Virus record (IMG/VR): IMGVR_UViG_2534681763_000019
From: a virus
Taxonomy: Duplodnaviria; Heunggongvirae; Uroviricota; Caudoviricetes
DNA: 42,120 nt
Strand: one strand, 5' to 3'
Part shown: one piece after another, positions 19,066 to 28,075 of the stretch
Numbering within the stretch: the stretch's first letter is position 1
Layout: the number at the start of each line of letters is the position of its first letter
The notes under the pieces: generated by a model
The model's input: the letters and a program-made list of their open reading frames with translations, nothing else
Told to the model about the DNA's origin: nothing
Databases searched by the model: none
Translations under genes and position numbers: made by a program

Positions 19066-19899
19066 TCAGCAATTGGTCAGAATGTCAGCGGGGGCGTTAC
19101 CGCCTGTTGCACGCTGGCGGTAGTCCTGGCGGCTGTCTTCATGACTCAGCTTATTCACCAGTTCGTTAAAGGCGGTCTGCTGTGCCTGCAGGGCAGTCTC
19201 CAGCTCAGACAGGCGTTCTTCCTGCTCAGACAGGGATTTTTCGGTGCGCGCACTCAGGTTCTGCTGCTCAGTGGCGACCAGTTCCACGGCCTTATGCACA
19301 TCAGAGAACCGGGCGTCATCGGACTGCTCTTTTTTGGTGAACAGCGCCGTGACACGGGCAAACAGGGACGGTTTGTCATCCTGGATTTCTTCCAGTTCGA
19401 TCACCGTTTCCTCTGCAGCGGTAAAAAGATTGGCGGGATTCTGCTTGCGGTTTGCCAGCGGGTTATGGGCTGCACTGGCGCTGAATGTCAGCATTTCAGT
19501 GCCCAGACTGGCAGGGTCATCAGTGGCAGCCAGGCCGACCAGGTAGGCTTTGCCCGTATCAGCAAACTTCGGGCTGACTTCCATAGAGGTGAATAATTTC
19601 TGGCCTTTTTTCACCAGTTCCACCAGGGACTCCGTTGGCTCAACGTCGGCATACAGCGCCATCTTGCCTGCCAGCGGGCCTTCCGTGATTTCTTCAGCAA
19701 ACAGCGCCGTCACCTTGCCGTAACGGTTAAAGGTGCTGTCCGGGAGATAAGACTTGATGTGCTCAAGGTTAATCAGCGCGGTATACACCGCCGGGTTGTA
19801 GCTGGCTGCCATCTGTTCCAGCCATTCACGCTGGATTTCGCGTCCGTCGGTGGTGGCACCTTCCACCCCGATGCGAAAACGCTTTGCTTTCACTGTCAT
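19066..19899 (-). CDS. O: Capsid scaffolding protein O
   Basis: 277-aa ORF heading the O-N-M-L operon, divergent from P; coiled-coil-rich C-terminal half. Confidence 0.85.
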   Translation of the reverse strand: MTVKAKRFRIGVEGATTDGREIQREWLEQMAASYNPAVYTALINLEHIKSYLPDSTFNRYGKVTALFAEEITEGPLAGKMALYADVEPTESLVELVKKGQKLFTSMEVSPKFADTGKAYLVGLAATDDPASLGTEMLTFSASAAHNPLANRKQNPANLFTAAEETVIELEEIQDDKPSLFARVTALFTKKEQSDDARFSDVHKAVELVATEQQNLSARTEKSLSEQEERLSELETALQAQQTAFNELVNKLSHEDSRQDYRQRATGGNAPADILTNC

Positions 19900-20041
19900 G
19901 AGCCGTGCTCCGTTAGAAATAACTTACTGGAGCCTTATGGTTGCGGTGATGGGGGTAGTGAAACAATGCGCGGTATTTGTACCGACAACCACACAAACCG
20001 CAGGCGGGGAAAGCCTTCATTCAAGGCTGTAGGTTTGTGCC

Positions 20042-21808
20042 ATGAACACCACACTGACACCCGCAGATCTCGATCCCCGTCGGCAGGCCATGCTGCTGTA
20101 CTTTCAGGGATACCGCGTAGCCCGCATTGCTGAAATGCTGGGCGAGAAAGTTGCAACCGTTCACAGCTGGAAAAAACGCGACAAGTGGGGTGACTATGGG
20201 CCGCTGGATCAGATGCAGCTCACCACCGCCGCACGCTACTGCCAGCTCATTATGAAGGAGCACAAAGAAGGGAAAGATTTCAAAGAGATTGACCTGCTGG
20301 CGCGCCAGTCGGAACGCCACGCGCGGATCGGCAAGTTTAACAATGGCGGTAACGAAGCCGACTTAAACCCTAACGTCGCCAACCGCAACAAAGGCCCACG
20401 CCGTCAGCCGGAAAAGAACGTTTTCACCGATGAACAAATTGAGAAGCTGGAAGAAATTTTCCATTCCTCCATGTTCAACTACCAGCGCCACTGGTGGGAA
20501 GCCGGAAAAACCAACCGCATCCGCAACCTGCTGAAGTCTCGCCAGATCGGCGCGACCTTCTATTTTGCCCGTGAAGCCCTGATTGACGCCCTGCTGACCG
20601 GACGTAACCAGATTTTCCTTTCCGCCAGCAAGGCACAGGCCCACGTCTTTAAGCAGTACATCATCGACTTCGCCAAAGAAGTGGAGGTGGAGCTGAAAGG
20701 CGATCCGATGGTGCTTCCTAACGGGGCCACGCTTTACTTCCTCGGCACCAATGCCCGCACGGCCCAGAGTTATCACGGCAACCTGTATCTGGATGAATAT
20801 TTCTGGATCCCAAAATTCCAGGAGTTGCGCAAAGTGGCTTCCGGTATGGCTATTCACAAGAAATGGCGGCAGACCTATTTTTCCACACCATCCAGTCTGA
20901 CCCACAGTGCTTATCCGTTCTGGTCCGGTGCGCTGTTCAACCGTGGGCGCAACAAAGCTGACAAGGTGGACATCGACCTGTCCCACAGCAATCTGGCCCC
21001 CGGCCTGCTGTGCGCAGACGGGCAATACCGCCAGATAGTCACCGTGGAAGATGCGGTGCGCGGCGGCTGTAACCTGTTCGACCTTGACCAGTTGCGCATG
21101 GAGTACAGCCCGGACGAATACCAGAACCTGCTGATGTGCGAGTTTGTTGACGATCTCGCGTCCGTGTTCCCGCTCAGCGAGCTGCAGGCGTGCATGGTGG
21201 ACAGCTGGGAAGTCTGGACCGACTTTCATGCACTGGCTCTGCGCCCGTTTGGCTGGCGCGAAGTGTGGATCGGTTATGACCCGGCAAAAGGTACGCAGAA
21301 CGGCGACAGCGCCGGGTGCGTGGTGGTGGCACCGCCAGCCGTGCCTGGTGGTAAGTTCCGCATTCTTGAGCGTCACCAGTGGCGCGGGATGGACTTCCGC
21401 GCCCAGGCTGACGCCATCAAAAAACTGACCGAGCAGTACAACGTGACCTACATCGGCATCGACTCGACCGGCGTCGGCCACGGGGTTTACGAGAACGTGA
21501 AAGCGTTTTTTCCAGCCGTCCGGGAGTTTGTCTACAACCCCAACGTTAAAAACGCTCTGGTACTCAAGGCCTACGACATTATCAGCCACCGCCGTCTGGA
21601 GTTTGACGCCGGGCACACCGACATTGCGCAGTCATTCATGGCAATCCGTCGCGCCACCACCGCCAGTGGCAACCGCCCAACCTATGAAGCCAGCCGCAGC
21701 GAAGAAGCCAGCCACGCCGATCTGGCCTGGGCAACAATGCACGCACTGTTTAACGAACCGCTGCAGGGCGAGTCCGCCAATACCAGCAATATTGTGGAGA
21801 TTTTTTGA
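20042..21808 (+). CDS. P: Terminase ATPase (large) subunit P
   Basis: 588-aa ORF divergent from O and coupled by 4-nt overlap to Q; P2 gpP size and position. Confidence 0.88.
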   Translation: MNTTLTPADLDPRRQAMLLYFQGYRVARIAEMLGEKVATVHSWKKRDKWGDYGPLDQMQLTTAARYCQLIMKEHKEGKDFKEIDLLARQSERHARIGKFNNGGNEADLNPNVANRNKGPRRQPEKNVFTDEQIEKLEEIFHSSMFNYQRHWWEAGKTNRIRNLLKSRQIGATFYFAREALIDALLTGRNQIFLSASKAQAHVFKQYIIDFAKEVEVELKGDPMVLPNGATLYFLGTNARTAQSYHGNLYLDEYFWIPKFQELRKVASGMAIHKKWRQTYFSTPSSLTHSAYPFWSGALFNRGRNKADKVDIDLSHSNLAPGLLCADGQYRQIVTVEDAVRGGCNLFDLDQLRMEYSPDEYQNLLMCEFVDDLASVFPLSELQACMVDSWEVWTDFHALALRPFGWREVWIGYDPAKGTQNGDSAGCVVVAPPAVPGGKFRILERHQWRGMDFRAQADAIKKLTEQYNVTYIGIDSTGVGHGVYENVKAFFPAVREFVYNPNVKNALVLKAYDIISHRRLEFDAGHTDIAQSFMAIRRATTASGNRPTYEASRSEEASHADLAWATMHALFNEPLQGESANTSNIVEIF

Positions 21809-22836
21809 TGGGAAAGAGTAAGAAGAACCGCGCTGCGTCGACGAAACAGATTCAGCATAAAAGCCAGACTTCAGCCGAAGCATTCAGCTTCGGTGATCCC
21901 GTTCCTGTTCTGGACCGCCGCGAATTGCTGGACTATGTGGAATGCGTACAGATGGATCGCTGGTATGAGCCGCCCGTCAGCTTTGACGGACTGGCACGAA
22001 CCTTCCGCGCCGCCGTGCATCACAGCTCACCGATTGCGGTGAAATGCAACATTCTGACCAGCACCTACATCCCTCACCCGCTGCTCAGCCAGCAGGCTTT
22101 TTCACGTTTTGTGCAGGACTATCTGGTATTCGGTAACGCCTACCTGGAGAAACGCACGAATCGATTCGGTGAAGTTATCGCCCTTGAGCCTGCGCTGGCA
22201 AAATACACCCGACGCGGATTAGATCTGGATACCTACTGGTTTGTGCAATACGGCATGACTACGCAGCCGTATCAGTTCACGAAAGGCAGCATCTTTCATC
22301 TGATGGAACCGGATATCAACCAGGAGATCTACGGCCTGCCCGGTTATCTTTCTGCCATTCCGTCAGCCCTGCTCAACGAGTCCGCCACGCTGTTCCGCCG
22401 CAAGTATTACATTAACGGCAGTCATGCAGGCTTCATCATGTACATGACCGATGCAGCGCAGAACCAGGAGGATGTGAACAACCTCCGCAATGCGATGAAA
22501 AGCGCCAAAGGTCCAGGCAACTTCCGCAACCTGTTTATGTACTCACCTAACGGCAAAAAGGATGGTCTTCAGATTATCCCGTTGTCAGAAGTCGCGGCGA
22601 AGGATGAATTTCTGAATATCAAAAATGTCAGCCGCGACGACATGATGGCTGCGCACCGCGTGCCGCCGCAAATGATGGGGATTATGCCTAATAATGTTGG
22701 AGGGTTTGGGGATGTAGAGAAAGCTAGTAAGGTTTTTGTTATAAATGAACTGATACCTTTACAAAAACGGTTACAAGAACTAAATTATTGGATAGATGAA
22801 GATATAATCCAATTTGAAGATTATAGTTTAACTTAA
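21805..22836 (+). CDS. Q: Portal protein Q
   Basis: 343-aa ORF downstream of P. The last ~150 nt are sharply AT-rich compared with the rest of the gene. Confidence 0.85.
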   Translation: MMGKSKKNRAASTKQIQHKSQTSAEAFSFGDPVPVLDRRELLDYVECVQMDRWYEPPVSFDGLARTFRAAVHHSSPIAVKCNILTSTYIPHPLLSQQAFSRFVQDYLVFGNAYLEKRTNRFGEVIALEPALAKYTRRGLDLDTYWFVQYGMTTQPYQFTKGSIFHLMEPDINQEIYGLPGYLSAIPSALLNESATLFRRKYYINGSHAGFIMYMTDAAQNQEDVNNLRNAMKSAKGPGNFRNLFMYSPNGKKDGLQIIPLSEVAAKDEFLNIKNVSRDDMMAAHRVPPQMMGIMPNNVGGFGDVEKASKVFVINELIPLQKRLQELNYWIDEDIIQFEDYSLT

Positions 22837-22873
22837 ATAATGATAACACAGGGCCTAGAATCGGCCCTAAAAA

Positions 22874-23545
22874 TTAAAAACCAAGCTCATCTCTGATTCT
22901 TGGGAATTTTTTCATTACTCGAATATCAGTTAATAAATGCCAACGCCAAAAAACAGAAAATGGATATGATACATTACACATTGGCTTTAGCTTATTCTTG
23001 GCCTCTTGGATTTCTTGTTCTGTGCTTCGATCACTGACAAGTTTCATTCTCCAACCAGTAAAGTAAAACAATTCATCTTGTAACTTCTCTGAGAGATTTG
23101 CTCTTGTAATGCCCCTCAACCCCGTACTCGAAGAGTTAAAACACTTATCTAATAATTTGACTGTATTTAAAACCTTTCTACTTGGTCTTTTTCTTCTTGG
23201 GTATACTTGAACACCACTCGTTATAGCGTTCCCTGCGAGATGAACAATCTCACTGAAAACATCAACATCACTCTTTGTGCAATCAAGTAAGTTTTCAAAA
23301 GAATCACTTTTAATACTATTGCATCGACTGCAAGCTAAAAATAGATTGTTCCAATCATATTTGAGCTCATCAAGATCACGATGTGGAATAAAATGTTCTA
23401 TCTCTGGATCCATAAGATTACCTTGCTCACAGAGATAACATTTTCCATGAAATATTTCGTCTAAAGCATTTACAACTGTTTTATGGTTATATACTTTTCT
23501 CGACAAGCATTGAGGTGCAGGAATATTTCTAGTAACATTAAACAT
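22874..23545 (-). CDS. HNH endonuclease, Septu PtuB-like
   Basis: 223-aa ORF with HNH signature (HGKCYLCEQ...EIEHFIPH...WNNLFLACSRCNSIKSD); RBS aaagggaag; overlaps the upstream ATPase gene by 8 nt; very low GC. Confidence 0.7.
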   Translation of the reverse strand: MFNVTRNIPAPQCLSRKVYNHKTVVNALDEIFHGKCYLCEQGNLMDPEIEHFIPHRDLDELKYDWNNLFLACSRCNSIKSDSFENLLDCTKSDVDVFSEIVHLAGNAITSGVQVYPRRKRPSRKVLNTVKLLDKCFNSSSTGLRGITRANLSEKLQDELFYFTGWRMKLVSDRSTEQEIQEAKNKLKPMCNVSYPFSVFWRWHLLTDIRVMKKFPRIRDELGF

Positions 23546-24776
23546 CGTCTTCCCTTTCGCTATAATCTAAATATTTACTCTTAGCGATCATAAAAGCTGC
23601 TTTTGAACTTTTATCAAGAAAATCAATACTCTTCTGTAACGTTTTCATTATAGAATGAAATCTATCGTCGAAGACATTATTTTCTACTAAAGTCATTAAT
23701 TCTTTAACTAATGCATTTAGCTTATCCGAAGATACATCCTCACCCAACAATCCCTTTATAATTGCTGTGTAAGAATACAATGATAAATCACCCATCTGAT
23801 CCAATGTTGAGAGATTAAATATAATCGCATCAGATACTGATTGGATTACGAAAGGTGAATGCGTAGAAACAATAAATTGTATTTGCGGAAAAGATGATGA
23901 AAAAAAACTAAATACTTTCTTTTGCAATGTTACATGAAGATGAGCATCAATTTCATCAATAAGTACTATCCCTGTCATATCATGTTTTCTGATTTTATCA
24001 AGCTCTGCTTTTATCAATAAATCAGTATAAATAGAAAGAATTGATGAAAAACCAGATGACAACTTATCAAGTCCAAATGGTTCCTTATTATTTTGTAAAA
24101 GATAGATTTTCAACTTGTCGAGATCAAAATCCATTCTAATACTTTCATCTTCAAAAAGTTCTTTTAAGTCATCATTAATACTCTCAATAATATCAAAGGC
24201 TCTTTTATAGTCATCATCCTTGCCCACTCCCTTACTGACTAAAGCATAATTCCACAATGTAACTATGTATCTTTCAAAATACATACCAGCATCAATCTTA
24301 GAATTATTTCTCTGTGCGTTCCCATACTCAGTTAACAACAAATCGAGGCTGCTAATCTTACCATCATTTTTTATTTTCGCTTCTCGAATAGCAGGAAATA
24401 ATCTTATAATTGATTTTTTCTTTTTTGCAGCAACCCTGAAATCAACCACATCATTAAAAGTAATATCAAAGCTCTCAAATTCTTTTAATTTTTCTTTCAG
24501 TCTCTCAATTTCTTCGTTTAAATAGCTATAATTACCATCCCCTCTATTTGAATACTTTAAGTTTTCTTGACTGGAATTCAATTCCTTTTGTAGCTGCTCC
24601 TTAGTATAAGGATCATGTGAATTAATCGATTTTTCTATAAACTCATAAATATTCTCGATCAACCTAGTTTTACCAGAGCCATTATCTCCTGATATTATTA
24701 GATTCTTACCATCAAGATTTAATGTGTAAGGCTCATCGTTCCTTTTAAAGAAGATAGTTTCGATGAAATGTCGCAT
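23538..24776 (-). CDS. ABC-type (AAA_15/21-like) ATPase, Septu PtuA-like
   Basis: Walker A GDNGSGKT, signature-like LSSGFSS, Walker B IVLIDEIDAHLH, H-loop STHSP. Start placed at the second Met (GGAGG 4 nt upstream); the ORF track starts 15 nt earlier at 24791. Confidence 0.7.
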   Translation of the reverse strand: MRHFIETIFFKRNDEPYTLNLDGKNLIISGDNGSGKTRLIENIYEFIEKSINSHDPYTKEQLQKELNSSQENLKYSNRGDGNYSYLNEEIERLKEKLKEFESFDITFNDVVDFRVAAKKKKSIIRLFPAIREAKIKNDGKISSLDLLLTEYGNAQRNNSKIDAGMYFERYIVTLWNYALVSKGVGKDDDYKRAFDIIESINDDLKELFEDESIRMDFDLDKLKIYLLQNNKEPFGLDKLSSGFSSILSIYTDLLIKAELDKIRKHDMTGIVLIDEIDAHLHVTLQKKVFSFFSSSFPQIQFIVSTHSPFVIQSVSDAIIFNLSTLDQMGDLSLYSYTAIIKGLLGEDVSSDKLNALVKELMTLVENNVFDDRFHSIMKTLQKSIDFLDKSSKAAFMIAKSKYLDYSEREDDV

Positions 24777-24866
24777 TATTCCTCCCGTCATACTTAATAG
24801 CTTTTAGATAATATGACATTACATGTTAGATTTCATCCGTTTTGTGAACATATCCACTGCCGCGCG

Positions 24867-24885
24867 CTCGTATCCCCGCCACGCC
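24867..24885. other. Putative cos (cohesive end) core
   Basis: Plus strand CTCGTATCCCCGCCACGCC is the reverse complement of GGCGTGGCGGGGATACGAG, sharing the first 13 nt with the 186/P2 cohesive end as I recall it (GGCG[T/A]GGCGGGGAAAGCA.). Orientation relative to Q matches the P2 left end. Confidence 0.4.
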
Positions 24886-25228
24886 TGCCCGCTTTATGTA
24901 GTGGTTTTCATGCGCCTGCATGACATAAGCAAAAGCCCGCCACTCCTGGCAGGCCTCAGCAAAAACGATCCTCTAACGATCATGCGATCTCATTCGTCAT
25001 AGTCATGCACAGCCAAGGGAAGCGTAAATCCGTATCTGAATGACCGCTGAAAAGCTAATCATACGGGTTTACAAAGATGAAAGTCCGCTGTGAGCGAAAA
25101 GCGGATATTTCCATTGTTTTATCTTGATCTAGTAAAAACAATACCCTCTTTACAAACAAAAATAATGAGTTACTATTTGCAGCACCTTTTAACCCAAAGG
25201 TTTATAATTAAAAAGGAATGGCATACCG

Positions 25229-25882
25229 ATGAATAAATACAAACTTTTCGCACAGCTATCAAGATATTCATTTGAAGCGCAGATTGATGATTTCGAAAAA
25301 TATATCCTAGGAGCAGGCGGCCAAAACAGAGTTGACTTATCGGAATTAAAAAAAGCATATGAAGATGAAAAAAAGAATGCTCCTGACGATTATATTAATT
25401 ACTTAGAAGACTATTATTCAGAGCAATATGATTTCTTAGTTAACATACAACCAAATATTTTTAATAAATCTGCTTTGGTATCTTTATACTCATGCTTAGA
25501 GCACAACCTAAACGACTATTGCAATATATGTCAAAGGATTGTAAACACCAATATATCAGTAACCGATTTTAATGGTGATGGCATCCACAAAGCAAAAAGA
25601 TATTTAACAAAATTAATGGATATAAACTTTGGCCTGTCACAAGAGTGGCGATTCATGACAGAGTTTAACAAAGTAAGGAATTGCATAGTTCATGCTAATG
25701 GAGACATTAAAAAAATGAGCACAGCTGTAGCCTTAAAAGATATCATTGATAAAACACCTACTCTTTCATTAAACAATGAAAATAATATAATAATCTCCTT
25801 AAATTATTTAAAAGATACTATCACAAAAATTAGAAAACTCTTTCAATGGTTATATACACATCTGGATCAATCATCGAAATGA
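25229..25882 (+). CDS. Hypothetical protein with HEPN-like R-x4-H motif
   Basis: 217-aa ORF, very AT-rich, with C-terminal motif KVRNCIVHANGD (R-x4-H) typical of HEPN RNase domains; sits at the old/tin-equivalent position between cos and A. Confidence 0.55.
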   Translation: MNKYKLFAQLSRYSFEAQIDDFEKYILGAGGQNRVDLSELKKAYEDEKKNAPDDYINYLEDYYSEQYDFLVNIQPNIFNKSALVSLYSCLEHNLNDYCNICQRIVNTNISVTDFNGDGIHKAKRYLTKLMDINFGLSQEWRFMTEFNKVRNCIVHANGDIKKMSTAVALKDIIDKTPTLSLNNENNIIISLNYLKDTITKIRKLFQWLYTHLDQSSK

Positions 25883-26134
25883 ATACGATAACATCTCAGT
25901 TTGTTATTGGTCTATTTTTGAAAACAGCTATCGATGATATTAGTCTGTTCTTCGTCAATTAATATGCAATCCGTTCATGACACAGGGCTGCTGTTACAGC
26001 CCTGACAACCTTAGACTTCAATCGATTCAGAGATCTCTAACGCATCATCACCCGTTGAACTCACAGCGATAAGTAGACGCTGGCGGCAATAACACAGAAG
26101 TGTAGCGGGAATTTGAACCACATAATTTGGTTTG

Positions 26135-27001
26135 TTAGATGGCTTTGCTTCGATATTCAATTTCTAAAATCGCCTTTGTCATTGCCGCAATAGTTATAGC
26201 TTCTACCATAGTCAATTCAGGCTTGTTCAAGCTTCCGTGTCCAGCAGTAGGTAATTTGTTACGTAAATCATAAATATCTTTAACAGCATCAATAAGATTC
26301 TTAGGTAATTTTGACATTTTTTCGAACTGTTTAAAAAAACCACCCAATGACTCATTTGCCACATTCGGGTTTTGAGTGATTTCCTTAGCCATAGTTTCTA
26401 AAACATTAGAGGCTGCGTGCAGTGCACCTGCCGGATCATTATTATCCAAGCAATTATTCATTCTATCTATTTGCTGAACGATATTTGGGTGCAATCTCTT
26501 TAAGTAATCACTAGCCAATTCTTCATTGAAATTTTTGACACTTTCAAAAACATCGCAATCTAAATAAAATTTAGGATTGACTGACATCCATGTATATTTC
26601 CAATCATTTTCTAAATTATCTTTTTCCGCAATACGCCTGCCAGTGTCCTGATCTATCTCATCAACATATTTACACATATAATCGGCGTAGTAGTGTAAAT
26701 ATCTAAATGATATTTCTGGGCAAAAATTACTAACTGATGCAAGGCCGCCATATTCTTTTGTAGTAACTGTAGGGACTTCTTCATCACATAAAGATGAGAA
26801 AGTGGTTCTTTCCCAAAATTCGCCCAACTCTTTTTCTTTCCTAGTTGCCATACCAGCTATCATATTGATGCTTGAGAGCAAAACTACACTCTGATAGTAT
26901 CGAGGACATCTGTATGAACTAGCATATGGGCATATTGATGATGCTTTACGATTAATACGCTCTTTTTCCCACCAATTTTTATCAGGAATAATTCTTTGCA
27001 T
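26135..27001 (-). CDS. Hypothetical protein (accessory cargo)
   Basis: 288-aa ORF, AT-rich, convergent with the HEPN-like gene, Cys/Tyr-rich N-terminus and helical C-terminus with LRNKLPTAGHGS; no family assignable by eye. Confidence 0.5.
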   Translation of the reverse strand: MQRIIPDKNWWEKERINRKASSICPYASSYRCPRYYQSVVLLSSINMIAGMATRKEKELGEFWERTTFSSLCDEEVPTVTTKEYGGLASVSNFCPEISFRYLHYYADYMCKYVDEIDQDTGRRIAEKDNLENDWKYTWMSVNPKFYLDCDVFESVKNFNEELASDYLKRLHPNIVQQIDRMNNCLDNNDPAGALHAASNVLETMAKEITQNPNVANESLGGFFKQFEKMSKLPKNLIDAVKDIYDLRNKLPTAGHGSLNKPELTMVEAITIAAMTKAILEIEYRSKAI

Positions 27002-27489
27002 AATTTAGCTACTATCTCACGAGTGAATGAATGTTTAGCCTTCTGCACAGTTTATCAGTTCCGGCATGCCTACTGCTACCCCACTGATTCAACTTCAAGT
27101 TATGAGTTAAAGCGATTCGGTTTCGCTAGATGACACACTAGTGTTAATTTATGGATAAAAATTTATCACTTAAAATTAACTAATGCCTGTTGCGACCAAA
27201 AGTGTGCTGGAATATTATTTTCGTCTGGCCTATTATCAAGCTAATTATCCAAATTAGAGTTACTCTCATTCATCAGCAACAAATAAATACACCTGTTCAC
27301 TTTCTCAAAGTGTTCCTGTTTTATTTTTAAAGCAAACAACGCCGCCTATTCGTCCGAATGTACAACAAACATCAGGTTCTGACACAAAGTGGACGATCAC
27401 TTATCAAAATGACCGCCCACCTTACACCTCATTTCACTCGTTGCCCAAACTCCCCCCAACAGGATAAATCCTCTTGGGGGCAACGTTTC

Positions 27490-27723
27490 TTAATGCAGCC
27501 AGCTGTCGTCTTCCCACACCTTCTGCATAATTTTCAGCACTTGTTTTCTTTCTTCGTCCAGTTGCAGTACGGTCAGTTCCACACCGTTAGAGCTACCTTT
27601 GCGGATACGAATTACCGTTTTGGGATACAGGGGGCGCAGATTGCGGTAAAGCTCGGATTCAAGGGCATCCAGGGTAGACTGGCTAATCTTCTGCTCTTTA
27701 TCGATCATTATTTCAATGCGCAT
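27490..27723 (-). CDS. DinI-like protein (Tum-region)
   Basis: Translation from the internal Met (MRIEIMIDKEQ...IMQKVWEDDSWL) follows the DinI pattern (MRIEV... ...ETWESADDWF); the ORF track's longer N-terminal extension was not used. Confidence 0.65.
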   Translation of the reverse strand: MRIEIMIDKEQKISQSTLDALESELYRNLRPLYPKTVIRIRKGSSNGVELTVLQLDEERKQVLKIMQKVWEDDSWLH

Positions 27724-27733
27724 AAAAGTCACC

Positions 27734-27922
27734 TCAGCTGATGACATCCATTGAGCGGTTGTATTCGTGGGTTCTGATTTTTGCCATGAGTTCATCAGTC
27801 AATTCAGAAACCCACTGCAGAGCCAGCCCCTTCTCTTCATCACTACACTCACTAGCCGCTACAAGCTTAAGAAAAAAATCAATGCGCTGGAGCTTCAAAG
27901 ACTCCAAAAAATAGTCCTGCAT
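27734..27922 (-). CDS. Small hypothetical protein, first gene of LexA-box operon
   Basis: 62-aa ORF from MQDYFLESL... with a strong RBS (AGGAGGAAAG) 4 nt upstream; the longer 96-aa ORF-track version would read through the LexA box. Confidence 0.5.
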   Translation of the reverse strand: MQDYFLESLKLQRIDFFLKLVAASECSDEEKGLALQWVSELTDELMAKIRTHEYNRSMDVIS

Positions 27923-27963
27923 CTTTCCTCCTATAACACCACGAGCAATACTGTATACATGAC

Positions 27964-27983
27964 CACTGTTTATATTTACAGTA
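27964..27983. promoter_or_regulatory. LexA (SOS) box CACTGTTTATATTTACAGTA
   Basis: CTGT-N8-ACAG with AT-rich spacer, 17/20 to consensus TACTGTATATATATACAGTA; overlapped by -10-like TATAAT/TATACT elements; a half-site (CTGTATACATGA) lies just upstream. Confidence 0.55.
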
Positions 27984-28075
27984 TATAATAATCTTACTGA
28001 TGTAAAACGTTTTTTTACGTTCATCAGCCTGATATGCCTGGTATTATTAAGAGCACGAATTGTTAATCCGCGTAA

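Noticed and set aside
20363-21616. 417-aa minus-strand ORF antisense to the terminase large subunit
   Set aside because: Wholly contained in the opposite strand of gene P, which has a coherent ATPase-like translation and operon context; the antisense frame has no RBS context and a composition-driven open frame.
24792-25228. Possible retron (msr/msd ncRNA plus reverse transcriptase) accompanying the PtuAB-like pair
   Set aside because: No reverse-transcriptase-like ORF exists within or adjacent to the cassette; the upstream non-coding stretch contains the cos-like motif instead, so the pair is treated as a standalone Septu-like module.
25983-26004. Perfect 8-bp-stem hairpin (CAGGGCTG-CTGTTA-CAGCCCTG) between the convergent cargo genes as a terminator
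   Set aside because: Not followed by a T-run on either strand, so intrinsic-terminator assignment is weak; left unannotated.
27447-27477. Long hairpin (CCCCCAACAGGAT...ATCCTCTTGGGGG) downstream of the DinI-like gene
   Set aside because: Stable stem but no adjacent U-tract in the gene's orientation; possibly a terminator or RNA-stability element, not confidently assignable.
27358-27741. 127-aa plus-strand ORF overlapping the DinI-like gene
   Set aside because: Overlaps the DinI-like gene on the opposite strand and extends into intergenic AT-rich DNA with no RBS; the DinI-like frame has recognisable family similarity.
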